A stretch of DNA of 64,000 nucleotides. Origin: Paragordius varius. Lineage: Eukaryota > Animalia > Nematomorpha. The stretch lies in contig OZ176053.1 in the NCBI GenBank assembly GCA_964247055.1, positions 7,378,001 to 7,442,000 on the forward strand. The letters are read 5' to 3'. Of this stretch, positions 26,461 to 39,500 are shown in pieces. Position 1 is the first letter of the stretch, and every line of letters starts with the position of its first letter. The notes beneath the pieces are model-generated. The model saw only the letters and a program-made list of their open reading frames with translations. It was not told the origin of the DNA and searched no databases. A program made the translations under genes and the position numbers.

Positions 26461-26949
26461 CGCACTTTGTGATGATTTCGTCTTTATTATTTTTTCTAGA
26501 ATATTACAATCACTTCACCCTTTGTTCGTGCACTAAATTTATTGAATAAGGTACAAACAACCTGTAAGGTAAAATTTTTTTTATATTTATAATGTATTTG
26601 TGTTAAAAATAAATAAATATTACAATAAATTTTTTTTATAAAAATTTTTGGTTGTACCCCCCAATGACCCCCTCTTTTTGTCCCGCTTTTTCCTTCAAAA
26701 AATCTGGTCACCTTAGGTATACCATATCATATTCTTTAAAAAATTAAAAGAATTGTGGGTAAAGGGCGTCAGAAATCTTTGGTAAAAATGAAAATACACT
26801 AACTACTTACCCTTCACTTAAAATTATTGTATAAAAGGGTTAGGAAAATCGTAATTTTTATCTCAATTATATTTTTTTGTTTTGATATGGGAACGATTTA
26901 AAATATGCTATATTAAATAATCATAAAATTAAATTCTTTAATATATCAA

Positions 26950-27382
26950 AACCATTGTAAAATTTTCCACTTTTATAACATTAATAAACATAAATATATA
27001 AAAAATTTATTCAAAAATACTTGATATTAGTTATTTTAAGCTAACAAATGGTAAAAATTTAGTTAACGTGATTTGTGTAATACAAATAAACCGCTTTATC
27101 TATTTCTATCAATATAAGATGTAATTTAAATAAAAAAATAAATTTAATTTTACCCTTAACACTAATGAAGAATTTCGCAAATATATTGTAAAATAAAAAT
27201 GGTGACGAAGTTGTTTCACATGCAACTTTTTTTTCAAACAAAATTATATTTAGATATTTTGGCATATTTATATAATTTTTTTTAGGAAAGAAGCATAAAT
27301 TTGAATTGGGACCGTTTCTTACACTAGTTTATCAAAAATACTAACTCAAATTTTGTCTGGGGTATATTTGGATACCCCATTT
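26950..27382. mobile_element. Truncated piggyBac-type MITE relic
   Basis: Internal blocks match 22958-23531; ends GGGGTATATTTGGATACCCC; termini lost. Confidence 0.7.
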
Positions 27383-27769
27383 TAGGATAAAAATTTTATC
27401 AAAAAAATAATATATAAAATTTTGCAAAAAATTAACAAAAATATTACCATTCCCTAAACATTATTAATTTTCATTTTTTACCAAAGATTTCTGACGCCCT
27501 TTCCCCACACTTCTTTAATTTTTTAAAGAATATGATATGGTATACCATATAGCTCTTGTTTTTATATTCTTTACCAAATATTTATATCCAATTAACGATA
27601 AAAAGTAAATCTTTAACACAATAAGGTCTACATGAGTGTATATGGCAAACTATATTTTTATCTGTCGGACATCCTACATATATATATATATATATATTTG
27701 GGTGAGAATTATATTTTTTTTTGTACAGATTGATATAATAAAATATTCTTGATGAAAAAGATGATATAA

Positions 27770-28460
27770 TCGAGTTGCTGTGAAACCTTATTTCGCAGTA
27801 TTATAGAAACACTTGAACCTGTGTCCATAATCATGCGTATTGGCTTACAATCAATTATTAATGTTATCTTAGGGGTTGCTTCACATTCGATGTGCTGAAC
27901 ATTGCAATCATTTTTTTCTTACAGTATCGTTGGAGGTGATTCCAGTCATGACCTAAACGGCAGAATCGACACTTGTTCAGGTATTTCCCAGCTGTTGTCG
28001 TAACATGTTGCCATCGATTATGCTAATTGAGGTGCCTATTCATAATTGAGAGCAATGTTCACTTGTTTTAGGGTTAGGGTTCGTTTTCCCACATGGCGTT
28101 GGGGAATCTGCTATACAAATCTAATAATAATTTTTTGATTCCCATGCCTGCAATGAAAGCATCGAGCATTTTTCCCTCTACCTTAAGCTTGAAGTTGTAT
28201 TTTACGTAGGGTGACTCGTAAAAAAATTTAATGTTACATTCTGTTTTCGATGAAGTTTTACGAATCAAATCGGGCCTGGGCTATATTCGTCCCATTCGAT
28301 TCTTAAATTTTCTGCCGGCTTCAATGATATCTGGTCAGATGATATTGTCGCGCGAATTTGAAAAAAGAAGTTCTTTTTTGACCGACATTCCTGCCTAAGC
28401 GAGAAATAACGTCCTGCAATTGTTGTCGCTTGTCCTCATGTCTTTTGCAGCTAAAATTCC
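27770..28460 (-). mobile_element. Degenerate LTR-retrotransposon gag-protease fragment
   Basis: Minus strand RMIMDTGSSVSII (aspartic protease), CRFC..GH-like knuckle, and MLDAFIAGM (gag-like). Confidence 0.75.
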
Positions 28461-28949
28461 CTGAATGTATAAAACATATCGGCCAAATTTTTTTTTAATT
28501 AAGGTTGTCTAGAGAAATTTCTTCCTATACATGTTTGAGTAATATCACAATACTTGAATTATAACTAACTATTTTTCTTGAAAATACAATGAACAATATT
28601 AATATTATAAAGTGTCATGTAAGTGTACCTGCGTTTGTGTCCACGAAAAATTGATCTAATTTTTGACCCTCTTATATACACAATTATTTTTATTTTACTA
28701 CAAAATATTTTACGTATTTAATAAAGTGAAACGTTCTACACATCTTAAATTAGAAAGTAAAATATGATCTTCATTTATTTATAATTTGATCTATAGATTG
28801 TTTTGGTAAGGGGAGAGTATCTGCAATAAATTAAATTGTAATTTTTCTGAAGTTATTCTTTTTGTGTAACTACTGAATTATCCAAATTTGGCGGTAATTC
28901 GGATTTTTCTGTTATGGATAGCTCCATATTTGGCTGTTTAATTGCATTT

Positions 28950-29270
28950 CTCTTTTCGATTTTCCTTTGTAACCAGGGAGTTAGTCAAAATGTGGCGGCA
29001 TTTTAACTAACTTAAAACCCAACTGACTCACCATATCTCTTTCTCTCTAATTACTAGAATATTTGGCGGTTTTCGATTTTCCTTTGTAACCAGGGAATTA
29101 GTCAAAATGTGGCGGCATTTTAACTAAATTAAATCCCAATTGACTCACCATATCTTTTTGTCTATAATTACTAGAATATTTGGCGGTTTGCGATTTTCCT
29201 TTGTAACCAGGGAGTTAGTCAGAATGTGGCGGCATTTTGACTAACTTAAAACCCAACTGACGCACCATTC
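28950..29270. repeat. 117-bp tandem repeat (~2.7 copies) related to the 2.1-4.1 kb arrays
   Basis: AACCAGGG at 28971, 29088 and 29205; contains ATATTTGGCGGTT; the following 29280-29385 matches 2700-2790 and the reverse complement of 3160-3270. Confidence 0.9.
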
Positions 29271-30185
29271 GGTCATTTTTAAAAGTTACTTATGTTCCCA
29301 AGGAAAATAAGGTTTGCGAACTATCCTTATTCCAGATTCATTGTTGGAATTGGATATTGGGGTTTCCGAAACTCTATTTTTACAACAAAACAATTTGCAC
29401 AATAAAATATAATAGGAATTATTAATCATTATGCATAATTTTATCTGACAAATAAAAAAAATAGTATTTCGTAGCTTCAGTAAAAAAATTCAAAAAATAT
29501 ATCCTGTAAGAAACTATACATTACTACTTTTTCATTAAGTTTCGCAAGATTGCATTTACTGTAAAAATCAATATAATATATATAACTTGTGATAAATAAA
29601 CTATAGGTAACATAATAAAACCTTAGATTGGTTATTTTATCATTGGTTTAAAATTATTGGTTAGTACTGTAAAATATAAAATCTTGTGTTTATAATTATT
29701 ATTTCTAAATGTTATGGAGTTATTTAAGATATCCTGCTTTTGTATTTATATTGTTTGAAAGGAATAGGATTTCAATTTTAGGATCGGATCGTATGTTTAA
29801 TAATTGAATTTGAATGGAACTAAAAAATATATTAATAATCGTTGTTTTTTAATTGTTTTAAGGCATACATTTTTGTGTAGTCCAATTAATTTCTTAGAAA
29901 GTATTAACTTAAGCACGACACGTTATTGTAAAATAATCAACTAAAAACTATCCTAAAAATTAAATTATCAAACTCGAAACTATTCAATATAAATGTAAAC
30001 TTTAGAGTTTTTTATAGATTTCTCACTTTATTTTTAAAATTTAATTAATTTTTATATATAAATTAAACCCAAACTCGAAAATATTTAGTATTTCTATTAC
30101 GAATACACTTAGTCTATTATATTCGGAATCGTATGATTATTTATATGAATATAAATTATATTTCCAAATTTTTGTAAGAAAATTC

Positions 30186-30593
30186 TTACGGTGAATTGAA
30201 ATTTGTATCACTTGCGAATTTTTTACGCTGAAGAGACCTTGAGCGTAAAAATTCGGCCAGACCGATCTCGGATGCACTGATTACGTTTCTTAATTGGGCG
30301 ATTTTTTTCTTCAAACTGATTTGTTCAAAATTAATCGGGGATATGCAATCGATTCGTTCCCTCAGGAATTCCGGTATCAGTTTCTGATATTTCACTGGTT
30401 CTGCATTATTTGATGTCCTTGGCTTGTTGTCATCAATCTTATCTTGAGATGTTGTTGGAGTTGTTTCTTCTTGTAAATCATTTGTCATTGGTGGTGTGTC
30501 ATTATACAAAAATGTGGACCGTTTTAGCCGTTTTGTTGAAGGAATATTGTATATTTCTTGCCAATAGGCTATTGTTATATTTTTTGGATGCAT
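30186..30593 (-). CDS. Unknown protein, NSP* family (~135 aa from first ATG)
   Basis: Open ORF; C-terminal ~70 aa aligns with the neighbouring ORF (PVK..K.IP...R...PI..E...LKKK...LR.....S.IG.AE..RSR....KK..S..N.NSP*). Confidence 0.7.
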   Translation of the reverse strand: MHPKNITIAYWQEIYNIPSTKRLKRSTFLYNDTPPMTNDLQEETTPTTSQDKIDDNKPRTSNNAEPVKYQKLIPEFLRERIDCISPINFEQISLKKKIAQLRNVISASEIGLAEFLRSRSLQRKKFASDTNFNSP

Positions 30594-31201
30594 ATGATTG
30601 TAATATAATATTTCAAATTTGACAAAAATATGTGACAATTAACCAAATCTTTGTATTATGTGCTGCTGGTCCCGAAATTTTGTAAACTTTTTTAAATTTA
30701 TAGTTAATTAATATTTTGAATTGAAATCTATAAGTTAAGCATAATAATAGAGCTTAAAATCTTATAAAAGAAAATAAATAAATATATAATTTAATTAAAA
30801 TGATAATCTTAATGAAGTTAAACCGTATAGTAATAGGTGTTTTAAAATGGTTAAATTATTTATTTATTACCTTTTTTAGCGGAATAATTTATGAATGGTT
30901 TGCCTGCGACATATCTTCCTGTGTCACTATTGGACATAGCCACTGGGCTGTCTTCTGAAGCTCTAATATTCACATCAACGTGTAATCATTAATATTAATT
31001 TATAGAATATATATCTTTAACGCTTTATTTTCCACTCTGATAAAATTTTTTTGACAGTTTTAGTTAGTGTTTTAGGAATCAAAAAATGATATTAAAGTTA
31101 TATATATGTTACCAAATCTTAACAATAATTTAAAAAGCTGATAATTTAAGGCCCAAATTACTAAACAATCAGTATAGTAGGACATGATGTGTCAAAAACT
31201 C

Positions 31202-32248
31202 TTACGGAGAATTATAATTAATATTGGAAGTATATTTTTTGGGTGGCAGTTGGAAACGTGAACGTGAAATTTCAGCGTGTCCTATGATTGATGACTTAAG
31301 AATAAGTCGCAATTCTTTTAATTTTTTCTTTAAAAAAAAATCCTCAACGTCTATGGGCGGCCAATCGGCTTCTTTTCTTATATAATCTGGTATCCATTTT
31401 TTTAATTTTACTGGTTTTGGATTTAATGTGGAAATCGTGTTTTCACAAATCTGATTTTCAGATCTAGTCATGGTTGCATCAGGCATAACTGTTACTTGGG
31501 AATTATTATAAGATGTGGCTATTATATTAGAAACAGTCTTATCTAAATGTTTTTCTGCAGGCGTAAGAGTTTCGAGGATGTTATTAATTGTTGCTGCATT
31601 ATTGTTTGACAAAGCAGACTGATTTAACTCTTTTGTTGTATGTATTGTAATTTCTCGGGGTTTATTACTTACAGTAGGAGAGCTATTAATTAATTTCGAA
31701 GAATCTGTTAAAATTTTTTTGTTTAATGTCTGGGTAGGAACAATTGTTTCCGGTACTATTACTGAATCATTATCAGACTGATTTTGTGAAGGATGATCCG
31801 TTACAATTGTGAGTTTGTTGCATCTTACTCTTTTATTTCCAACATATTTTTTTAATTTTCTTCCAGTTTGCTTTTTTCTCTTAGGTGCTTTGTTTCTTGT
31901 AGTAGTAGTTTTAATTTTTCGTTTTTCACTGACCTTTCTACCTTTTATCCTTGTATTTCTTTTTACTTTGTTATTTTTGGAGTTGGAACGCTTCTTTTGA
32001 GTTATAGAGTGTTTTTTCGAATTTTTTCCACCTTTTTTATTTTTCAGCGTTTTAATTTTCGTGCTTTTAGGGCTCTTTTGGGGTGCTTTTCGTTTCTTGA
32101 GATGTCGCTTTTTATTTGCCAAAGGAGGTTGAGGTTGACGCTTGCACATTTTTTTCTTACTCTGCTTTTTTGTTTTGTTCTTTTTGTTTTTTGAACAATT
32201 CATCTTTATCTTTCGCTTTTTAGCTTTCGAAATTTCGCACTTTTTCAT
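31202..32248 (-). CDS. Unknown protein: ~140-aa Lys/Arg-rich N-terminus, Thr/Ser/Asn linker, conserved NSP* C-terminal domain (348 aa from ATG)
   Basis: 1-kb uninterrupted ORF in very AT-rich DNA; paralogous C-terminus diverged at DNA level but conserved at protein level. Confidence 0.8.
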   Translation of the reverse strand: MKKCEISKAKKRKIKMNCSKNKKNKTKKQSKKKMCKRQPQPPLANKKRHLKKRKAPQKSPKSTKIKTLKNKKGGKNSKKHSITQKKRSNSKNNKVKRNTRIKGRKVSEKRKIKTTTTRNKAPKRKKQTGRKLKKYVGNKRVRCNKLTIVTDHPSQNQSDNDSVIVPETIVPTQTLNKKILTDSSKLINSSPTVSNKPREITIHTTKELNQSALSNNNAATINNILETLTPAEKHLDKTVSNIIATSYNNSQVTVMPDATMTRSENQICENTISTLNPKPVKLKKWIPDYIRKEADWPPIDVEDFFLKKKLKELRLILKSSIIGHAEISRSRFQLPPKKYTSNINYNSP

Positions 32249-33290
32249 TAATATCAAATTATGATTTTAAATATTTGTTTTAAATTTTAGAAGGTGTAAC
32301 AATGAAAACGTTTAAAGTTTTGATTATTGATTACACTCATATCAATAATATTCATAGTATATATTACTAGCTGCGCACTGACGTATTGCGTGATTTAGTC
32401 AAGATTAAAAAAATTTAACCATTCTTTTGGTATTATGTTAATTATTGCATAAAAACTACATAATTAAAATTTATATAAAGCACAATTTAGCATTGATTTA
32501 GGGATATTTGAAACATCTTTCCGGGTCGCGCATTTTGGGCTCAATAAATCGGCGGGCCGCATTTAAAATATGTATGGGCATTCATAATTATTTTATTCGA
32601 TTTCTTAGTAAAAAATACAAATACGATATAAAAAAAATTTCCGTTATTTATTTTATAGGCTTATTAGAAAATTGTTTATGAAATATCAATTATCTATGAT
32701 TGTGAGCATATTATTGCAAAATATAAATCGAATTTTTCTCGGGTCACACACAATGTCCCCATGGGCCGCGCAATATATTTATTTTTTCAAAAATAACTTA
32801 TTTTAAAACTCTACTATTTATCATAAAAACTTAAGAGATTTTCCGATTATATAAATAAAACTTACCCATTTTAGTAGAATCTAACACCGTAGGCTGCAGA
32901 ATATAATTATAATGAATAACATTCTTCAACAAGTAAAGTTTATACCCGTATTATTTTTTTGTCCCTAATATTTAAATGACATATTTATACAAAAGATAGC
33001 GTTTAAAACGCTTTATCGAATGATACCAATTTTGTTATAAAGTTATATTTGATTTTCTGTCTATTTTCTTTTGTTTTTAAAAAAATTAAAAACCCTGTAA
33101 TATCTCAATCTGATTGGGGCGATCAATTTTTTTTGATTCGGTAAATATTTATTGGACCGATTGTGGGATAAAATGTGAATTTTAATTTTGGCTAATAGCG
33201 AAATAAAATAAATTTTTGATAAATTTTTTACGGAATTAACATTAAATTATTCATTATTTTAACGCTATCTATCAAATTATGATGTATAGA

Positions 33291-36200
33291 TAAGGTGACC
33301 AGACGCCCCGCTTTTTCACACCTTGTCCCGCGTCCCTCTACGTTTTTAAAATGTCCCGCTTTTTCACAATTATATAAAAAAAATTTTTTTAATACAAATA
33401 AATTTTTTTTATCCGTTTAATTTTTTTATCATTAAATATCTTTAAAATCTATATAAATTTTAAATTAAAATTTTTTATTTTTAAATTAAAAATATTTATT
33501 TTTTTCCTTTTATATCATATAATTATATACTTTCCTTCCTACTACTACTGTCATCATTATCAAAAAGCCAAGTTAATACCACAATCTGATTAAAACACAA
33601 ATTTATACCACAAATCGGTACCTTACACGTTTATTCCAGAAAATTAAGGTAACATAATATTGATTATAATAATAGTAGTTTATAAATATGAGCACAAAAA
33701 GAGGTTGTAAATTCAACGATGAATTAGTGAAAGATTTTCCTTTTATCAAAAAAACCGAGAATGAATCATCTGTTAAATGTCTTATATGCGAGGGGGATTC
33801 ACCCTATCACATGGGGCAAGCATGATATTACAAAGCATATGAAAACACAGAAACATAAAAAATGTTTAGATATTGGTGGCATCATCTTACAAAATGAACG
33901 ATTTTTTTCGAAAAACCGCTTTTGGAGAGGAAGAAAAGAATTTGGCACTAGCTGAGGGCGTGTAATGTTTTCACGCCGTTAATCACAATCATTCCTTTTG
34001 ATCTATGGACTGTAACTCACAGGTTTTTCGCATGTTATTCCATAAAATTACATGTGCCCGTACAAAGGCTGAAGCCATTGTGTGCAATGTCCTCTCGCCA
34101 CATGCATTTTCTGAAATACAAAAAGATTTGCTGAAAATCAATTTCTTATCCCTATACTCTGATGCATCAAATCACCATGAAACAAATTATTTCCCACTTT
34201 AATAAGATATTTTGATTCAGAAACCGGATTAAAAATTAAAATTTTAGATTTAATTTCTCTAAAAGGTGAAAATTTCGAAATAATATTACTTCAATAATGC
34301 ATATTCTAGAAAAAATAATTTAAAAGACAAAATTATCGCATATTGCGCTGACAACACCAATATGAACTTTGGTGGAAAAGCAAGGATGGGAACAAAAAAT
34401 ATTTTTCATAAATTAACAGATAATCTTAATCAAAACATTATTGGCGTTGGGTGTGCAGCGCATATAATACACAACGCTATTCAAACAGCTGCTGATTTGT
34501 TACCCCTAGATGTGGAAAATGTAGTTGTTAAAATATATTCCTATTTTTATATATACACGGTACGTGTTAAAACGCTTAAAGAATTCTGTGAAAATGCAGA
34601 AATTCAATATCAAAAAATGCTTGGATATTGTAAAATTCGTTGGTTAGCTTTTATGCCAGCTATCGAAAGAATTTTAGAAATGTATGATCCATTAAAATGT
34701 TATTTTATCACAAGACAAATGTCATACAACTTTAGAAAAGTTTTTTGAAAGTGATTCTTCAAAAATATGGTTAGAATTCTTACTTAAGCTTCTCTCTTTC
34801 AAAATGTTATTAAATTTATAGAAGGTGACAAAATTTCGGCAATAGCCAATGAAGTTAGTAACCTAAAATTCCAATGTCAAGAAAGGTTAGAAAATAATTT
34901 TATACCATTAACCATCCTCAATATAATAAATAATTTAGAAAAACAAGGCTTAAAATATCGCCAAGATCTCCTGTACCATAAAAAAATGTTATATACAAAC
35001 TGTAAAGATTATTTGGAAGACTGGACGACGAAATTCAATGAAATTGATCATTTTCATTGGATAACATTAAAATCAGATTTTAATTGGTGCGATGTTCAAA
35101 AATCATTTGATTATATCTGCTCCCAAAAATTCTCAAAAAGTAATCTTTCAGAAAATGATTTTTTTTCTGAAGTATCATTAGTTAAAAAATATATTAATAA
35201 TGAAAAACTTAAATTATGGACAAAAGAAAAATATACAGTAGAAAAGAAATGGTTGGAAATATTTCATCATTTTGAAGCCAACTATATTACATACAATAAT
35301 ATTTTAAAAATTGTGGAATTCGTCTTTACCTGTAACCAACGCTGATACTGAGCGCGTTTTTTCCACAGTAAATCAGGTAGGGACATCGCAAAAATCAAAT
35401 TTTAATGTTGAAACTTTAAAGGCCGTTTTATCTGTCAAATATAATTTGACTAATTCTTGTGAAGACTTCTACAATATTTTAAAAAATGATGACAATCTGC
35501 TAAAACGCATTCACTCAAACAAAAAATATACCAAAGAATAAAAAATTTTCTTATATTTATAAAGTTTTATGTTAAAAAATAAACAAATTACTTAAAATAT
35601 TGTATAAGTCTTCTTAATTTGACAAATTATATTTGAACACATAAAATCTTTTATTCAACATTTAAATTTGATTCCGTGTCCTCACTTAATTTACTGTGGA
35701 ATAACGCGTTCAATAGCAGTGATTCAGGTAAAGATAATGCAAATTCTACAATTAAAATATTATATGGAACATAATTTGTTTAAAAATGATTATTTTAACC
35801 ATTTCTATCCTACGTATTTTTTCTGTTGTCCATAATAAAGTTTTCATTCAATATATTTATTTAATAATGAGACTTTATAAAAAAGTGTCATTATACCGTC
35901 TTGTCTTCCAAATAATCGTTTCTGTTTGTATAAAACATTTTTATATTCTGGCTATTCATTGAGCCTTGTTTCTCTGGATGCTTTATAATATTGCGATTAG
36001 GTAATGGTATAAAATTATTTTCCAACCTTTTTTGATTGGAATTTTGATCTTTGTCCTGTGATAAAAAATAGGATTCTAGGAGATCACATTTTTATAAATA
36101 TTTCAATGGCTGGCAAAAGAGCTTACCAATAGTTCTACAATATCCAAGAATTTTAAAATCTATATTTTCCACATCCAGGGGTAACAAATCAGTAGCTGTT

Positions 36201-36555
36201 TGAATAGGGTTGCTTATCTGCCAATAATGTTTTGATTAAGATTATTCGCTAAATTGTTAAAAATATTTTTTGTGTCGCTTCTTGCATCACCCAGCGCACT
36301 TTGTGAAGATTTCGTCTTTATTATTTTTTTCTAGAGTATTACAATCACTTCACCCTTTGTTCGTGCACTAAATTTATTGAATAAGGTACAAACAACCTGT
36401 AAGGTACAAATTTTTTTATATTTATAATGTTTTTGTGTTAAAAATAAATAAATATTACAATAAATTTTTTGTATAAAAATTTTTGGTTGTACCCCCCAAT
36501 GACCCCCCTTTTCAAATTTGTCCCGCTTTTTCCTTCAAAAAATCTGGTCACCTTA
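33291..36555 (+). mobile_element. hAT DNA transposon (Blackjack-like), copy 2
   Basis: Same TIRs as copy 1; perfect 8-bp TSD TGTATAGA (33283-33290, 36556-36563); also carries the antisense transposase block (~35650-36300). Confidence 0.97.
33688..35541 (+). pseudogene. hAT transposase, frameshifted
   Basis: YSDASNH, ADNTNMNFGG, GCAAHIIHN (CxxH), IRWLA and PVTNADTERVFS motifs split over several frames. Confidence 0.92.
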
Positions 36556-39500
36556 TGTATAGACAACATTTTTTATCCCCATTAGGTTAATGTGTGAAAC
36601 CTAAAAATTTGCTAATAATAAAAATTATAGGTAAATTATATGGAATATTTTATCAATATTGATTTATATGCATACATATATTTCTGATATAAAAACCAGA
36701 CCTTTAAAAAGATAACAATATTTATGAGTCTATTAAATTCGGTAATTATGAAACATCTCCATCATTTTCGAGAAGGGATTACGTTAACATAAAATTATAT
36801 AAGACTTTTTCGATTAACTAAACATTTTATTAATATTATCTAAAAGCATTTTTTGATATGTACTCATTTAATGCGCATAATTGTCGCATTTAAAAAATTT
36901 GCTTTGGACAAAATGTATAAATCGATGCATTAGGCTTCATTCATCATTAAAATTTTGCTGGCCGGCTCATAGACAACTTTTTAACATAATGCTTTAATTT
37001 TCAATTATTAATTTGTGTATTATAGCCAACATAAATTCCAAACATTTGTTGGAAAAAGACATTGTTTTATATTATATAAAATATAATATATTTATGTGAA
37101 ATCCAAACTAATTTATTTTAACCATTTATTTGTTAATGTCCGCGAAATTGATAAAAAATATATTTCTTTGATGTTTCAATATAATATATTAAGTTTTATT
37201 TTTTACCCTGCGGGCGGCACTTTCAAAAACGTAATTAACAGATAGGTTTCTTATATTTTAAAAATCGTATGATTGTTTTTTTTCGATTCAAAATGTATCC
37301 TGAAAGGCAAATTTAATAGTAAAAAGTTTAATCATCTGAATTGAACGATGTCACCACTTAAATTGCTTTTAGCCGTTATTGTTTCGTTTTTAACTTGCGG
37401 AAATATCGTATATGTTTTATAAAATGTTTATTAATTTTAAAATTAGATTACTAGGAACAACTAATAGAGTTAATGCATTTCGATAATGACATATTTCCCC
37501 CTAAAATTTTGTTTTAAAGTAAGTTACTTCATTTTATTTTACCATTTAAGCCTTTGAAGTTAATTTATAATAGATAAAGTAAAAAAACTTTTTCCATACC
37601 GCATATTTTTTGTCATCTTACAACCAAAAGTTGTTAAAAACTGCATCAAGGAATTGAAATTAAGTAATAAACTCAAATGGGATATGTTTTAATCTTTTTA
37701 CGAACTAAGTGACAAAGATCATTGCAACAAATGGGTATTGATCTAGTAGCTCATTTTATTATATATAAATATTTATGACCTATTTAACTTGAGTTATATT
37801 CACATATGCTGTAATATATTTTGAAAAAAATTAATAATCGGAAACATTTTTTTTCATTTTTCTATTATAACTAAAAGTTTGTTATTAGGTTAAGCATATC
37901 TAAGAAATTTTGAAGTGTGAAACTTTTGTAATAGACATTGGTTAAAGTGTATTTACGTTTCCGTCACCATTATATGGTTGTCAATCCATGGTTTATAATG
38001 AATTCACATCTTCCCCTTTAGAATAAATACTCCAATAACGAATATTTATAAAAATGAATTTGATTGCGTGACCTATTTCTCGTTCATTGAATAATAGCTT
38101 TGAAATCATAACAATATATAATGCCCCTTAAAATAATCAAAACTTTGCTAAGTATAACAGATTTTCCCACATACTGTGCCAGTATATAGGCATATAATAT
38201 ATTTAAAATCCGTAAACTGTTCTGATTCAAAGTTAAAATAATGTGCCATTTAAGATAGAGGTTATAAAAATGGTCTTTTATGCTGTGAATAAAAAATAGC
38301 ATGCTTCTATACCTTTTTATGCCATGCAACACTTTAATAACCCTTACAGCCAATAAAAAAATTAAAATGAAGCTTAGCCTCTAATCCGGTTTTGCTACAA
38401 TTTTTTTGAATTTTTTTCCAACTTTATTGTGCAGCGCATTAATATGTAAGACATAAATTAAGTTATATATTCCTTTTGAAACCATTAATGATCGTGTGAA
38501 TAAAAATTTTACCTTGAAAAGGGTATAACAGTTGAAATCTTAATTTAATTAGATGATCAACATACAAATTTATTTAACACATCAGCCTATCCTTTTTACA
38601 GAGAAGGGCTATATTAATCTTTTAATTTTTAATTTACTAATCTTCGCTTAATAACTATATTAAATTAAAATTTGTAATACATAACTTATATCATTATTAT
38701 CTTTTATAGACTATTAAGAAACATGTTACAAATAAATTAATGAATTCGATTATTAATATTATCAATATAAAAAAGTGATTTATATTCATGAGATTTACAC
38801 ATAACATAGTTATTTAACATTCTGATTCATCTATATACACCTTTTTATATAATAAAAATAATAAGATTTCCTGACTTCTCCGAATACATTTTTTTAATTA
38901 ACTTTTTAACCAAACCTGAGATGACCACCAATTTTGTGCCAAATAAGCGAAACACAAGATGACAAATAGGAGTAATGTTATTGGTAAGTAAACTCTTGAA
39001 ATTATATCTTCGCAAATACGTGATTTTTTTCTAATTCCTCTAATTTATGCCGAACCTTAATCATATATATTTGAGAGGATACAAGATGATATAATACACC
39101 TAAGATACGTTGAGTATTTGTAAAAACTTTTTTAAATGTCAAATCAGGAACTGTTTTGATATATTTGTTTTAATAACCTACGATAATTTTTTTAATTCAA
39201 TTCATTAACCTAGCTAAAACAGAGGACTATAGTTAACAAATTCTAACTATGTCCCCATTAAGCGTTTTAGTTTCTACTAAAAGATCTTTTGAATGCATTT
39301 CGTTTGATAAAAAATTATTGACTTACAATTTGTTGATATAATGAAATAAATTTCACAGTTTCTATTATTTTTTTACTCCAAACATAATTAAATTGTTTAA
39401 CATCTGTGAAATAGTTGATCATCTAAAATTTAACATATTCTTGTACAGTTAAAGAAGTCTCTTACCAAAAAAGTGTTATATAAATAGGAAAGCAGACGGA

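Larger units (their letters stand above)
22673..26715 (+). mobile_element. hAT DNA transposon (Blackjack-like), copy 1
   Basis: TIR TAAGGTGACCAGA / TCTGGTCACCTTA; 8-bp TSD GGTCTACC / GGTATACC; internal transposase pseudogene. Confidence 0.95.
22568..27638. mobile_element. TA-flanked long-TIR (Tc1/mariner-like) non-autonomous element, left arm split by a hAT insertion
   Basis: TA|CAGTCATGTAGAC ... GTCTACATGAGTG|TA. The left arm (22568-22672 plus 26716-26796) is the reverse complement of the right arm (~27466-27638). Confidence 0.7.

Noticed and set aside
28950-29270. 117-bp (39-codon) repeat as a coding repeat
   Set aside because: The unit I translated has stop codons in all six frames.
31809-32194. 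Hydrophobic Phe/Leu-rich + strand ORFs (63 and 108 aa)
   Set aside because: Antisense shadows of the Lys-rich ORF (AAA codons read as TTT).
31202-32248. Histone H1 call for the Lys-rich ORF
   Set aside because: No recognisable winged-helix globular domain; basic composition alone is insufficient.
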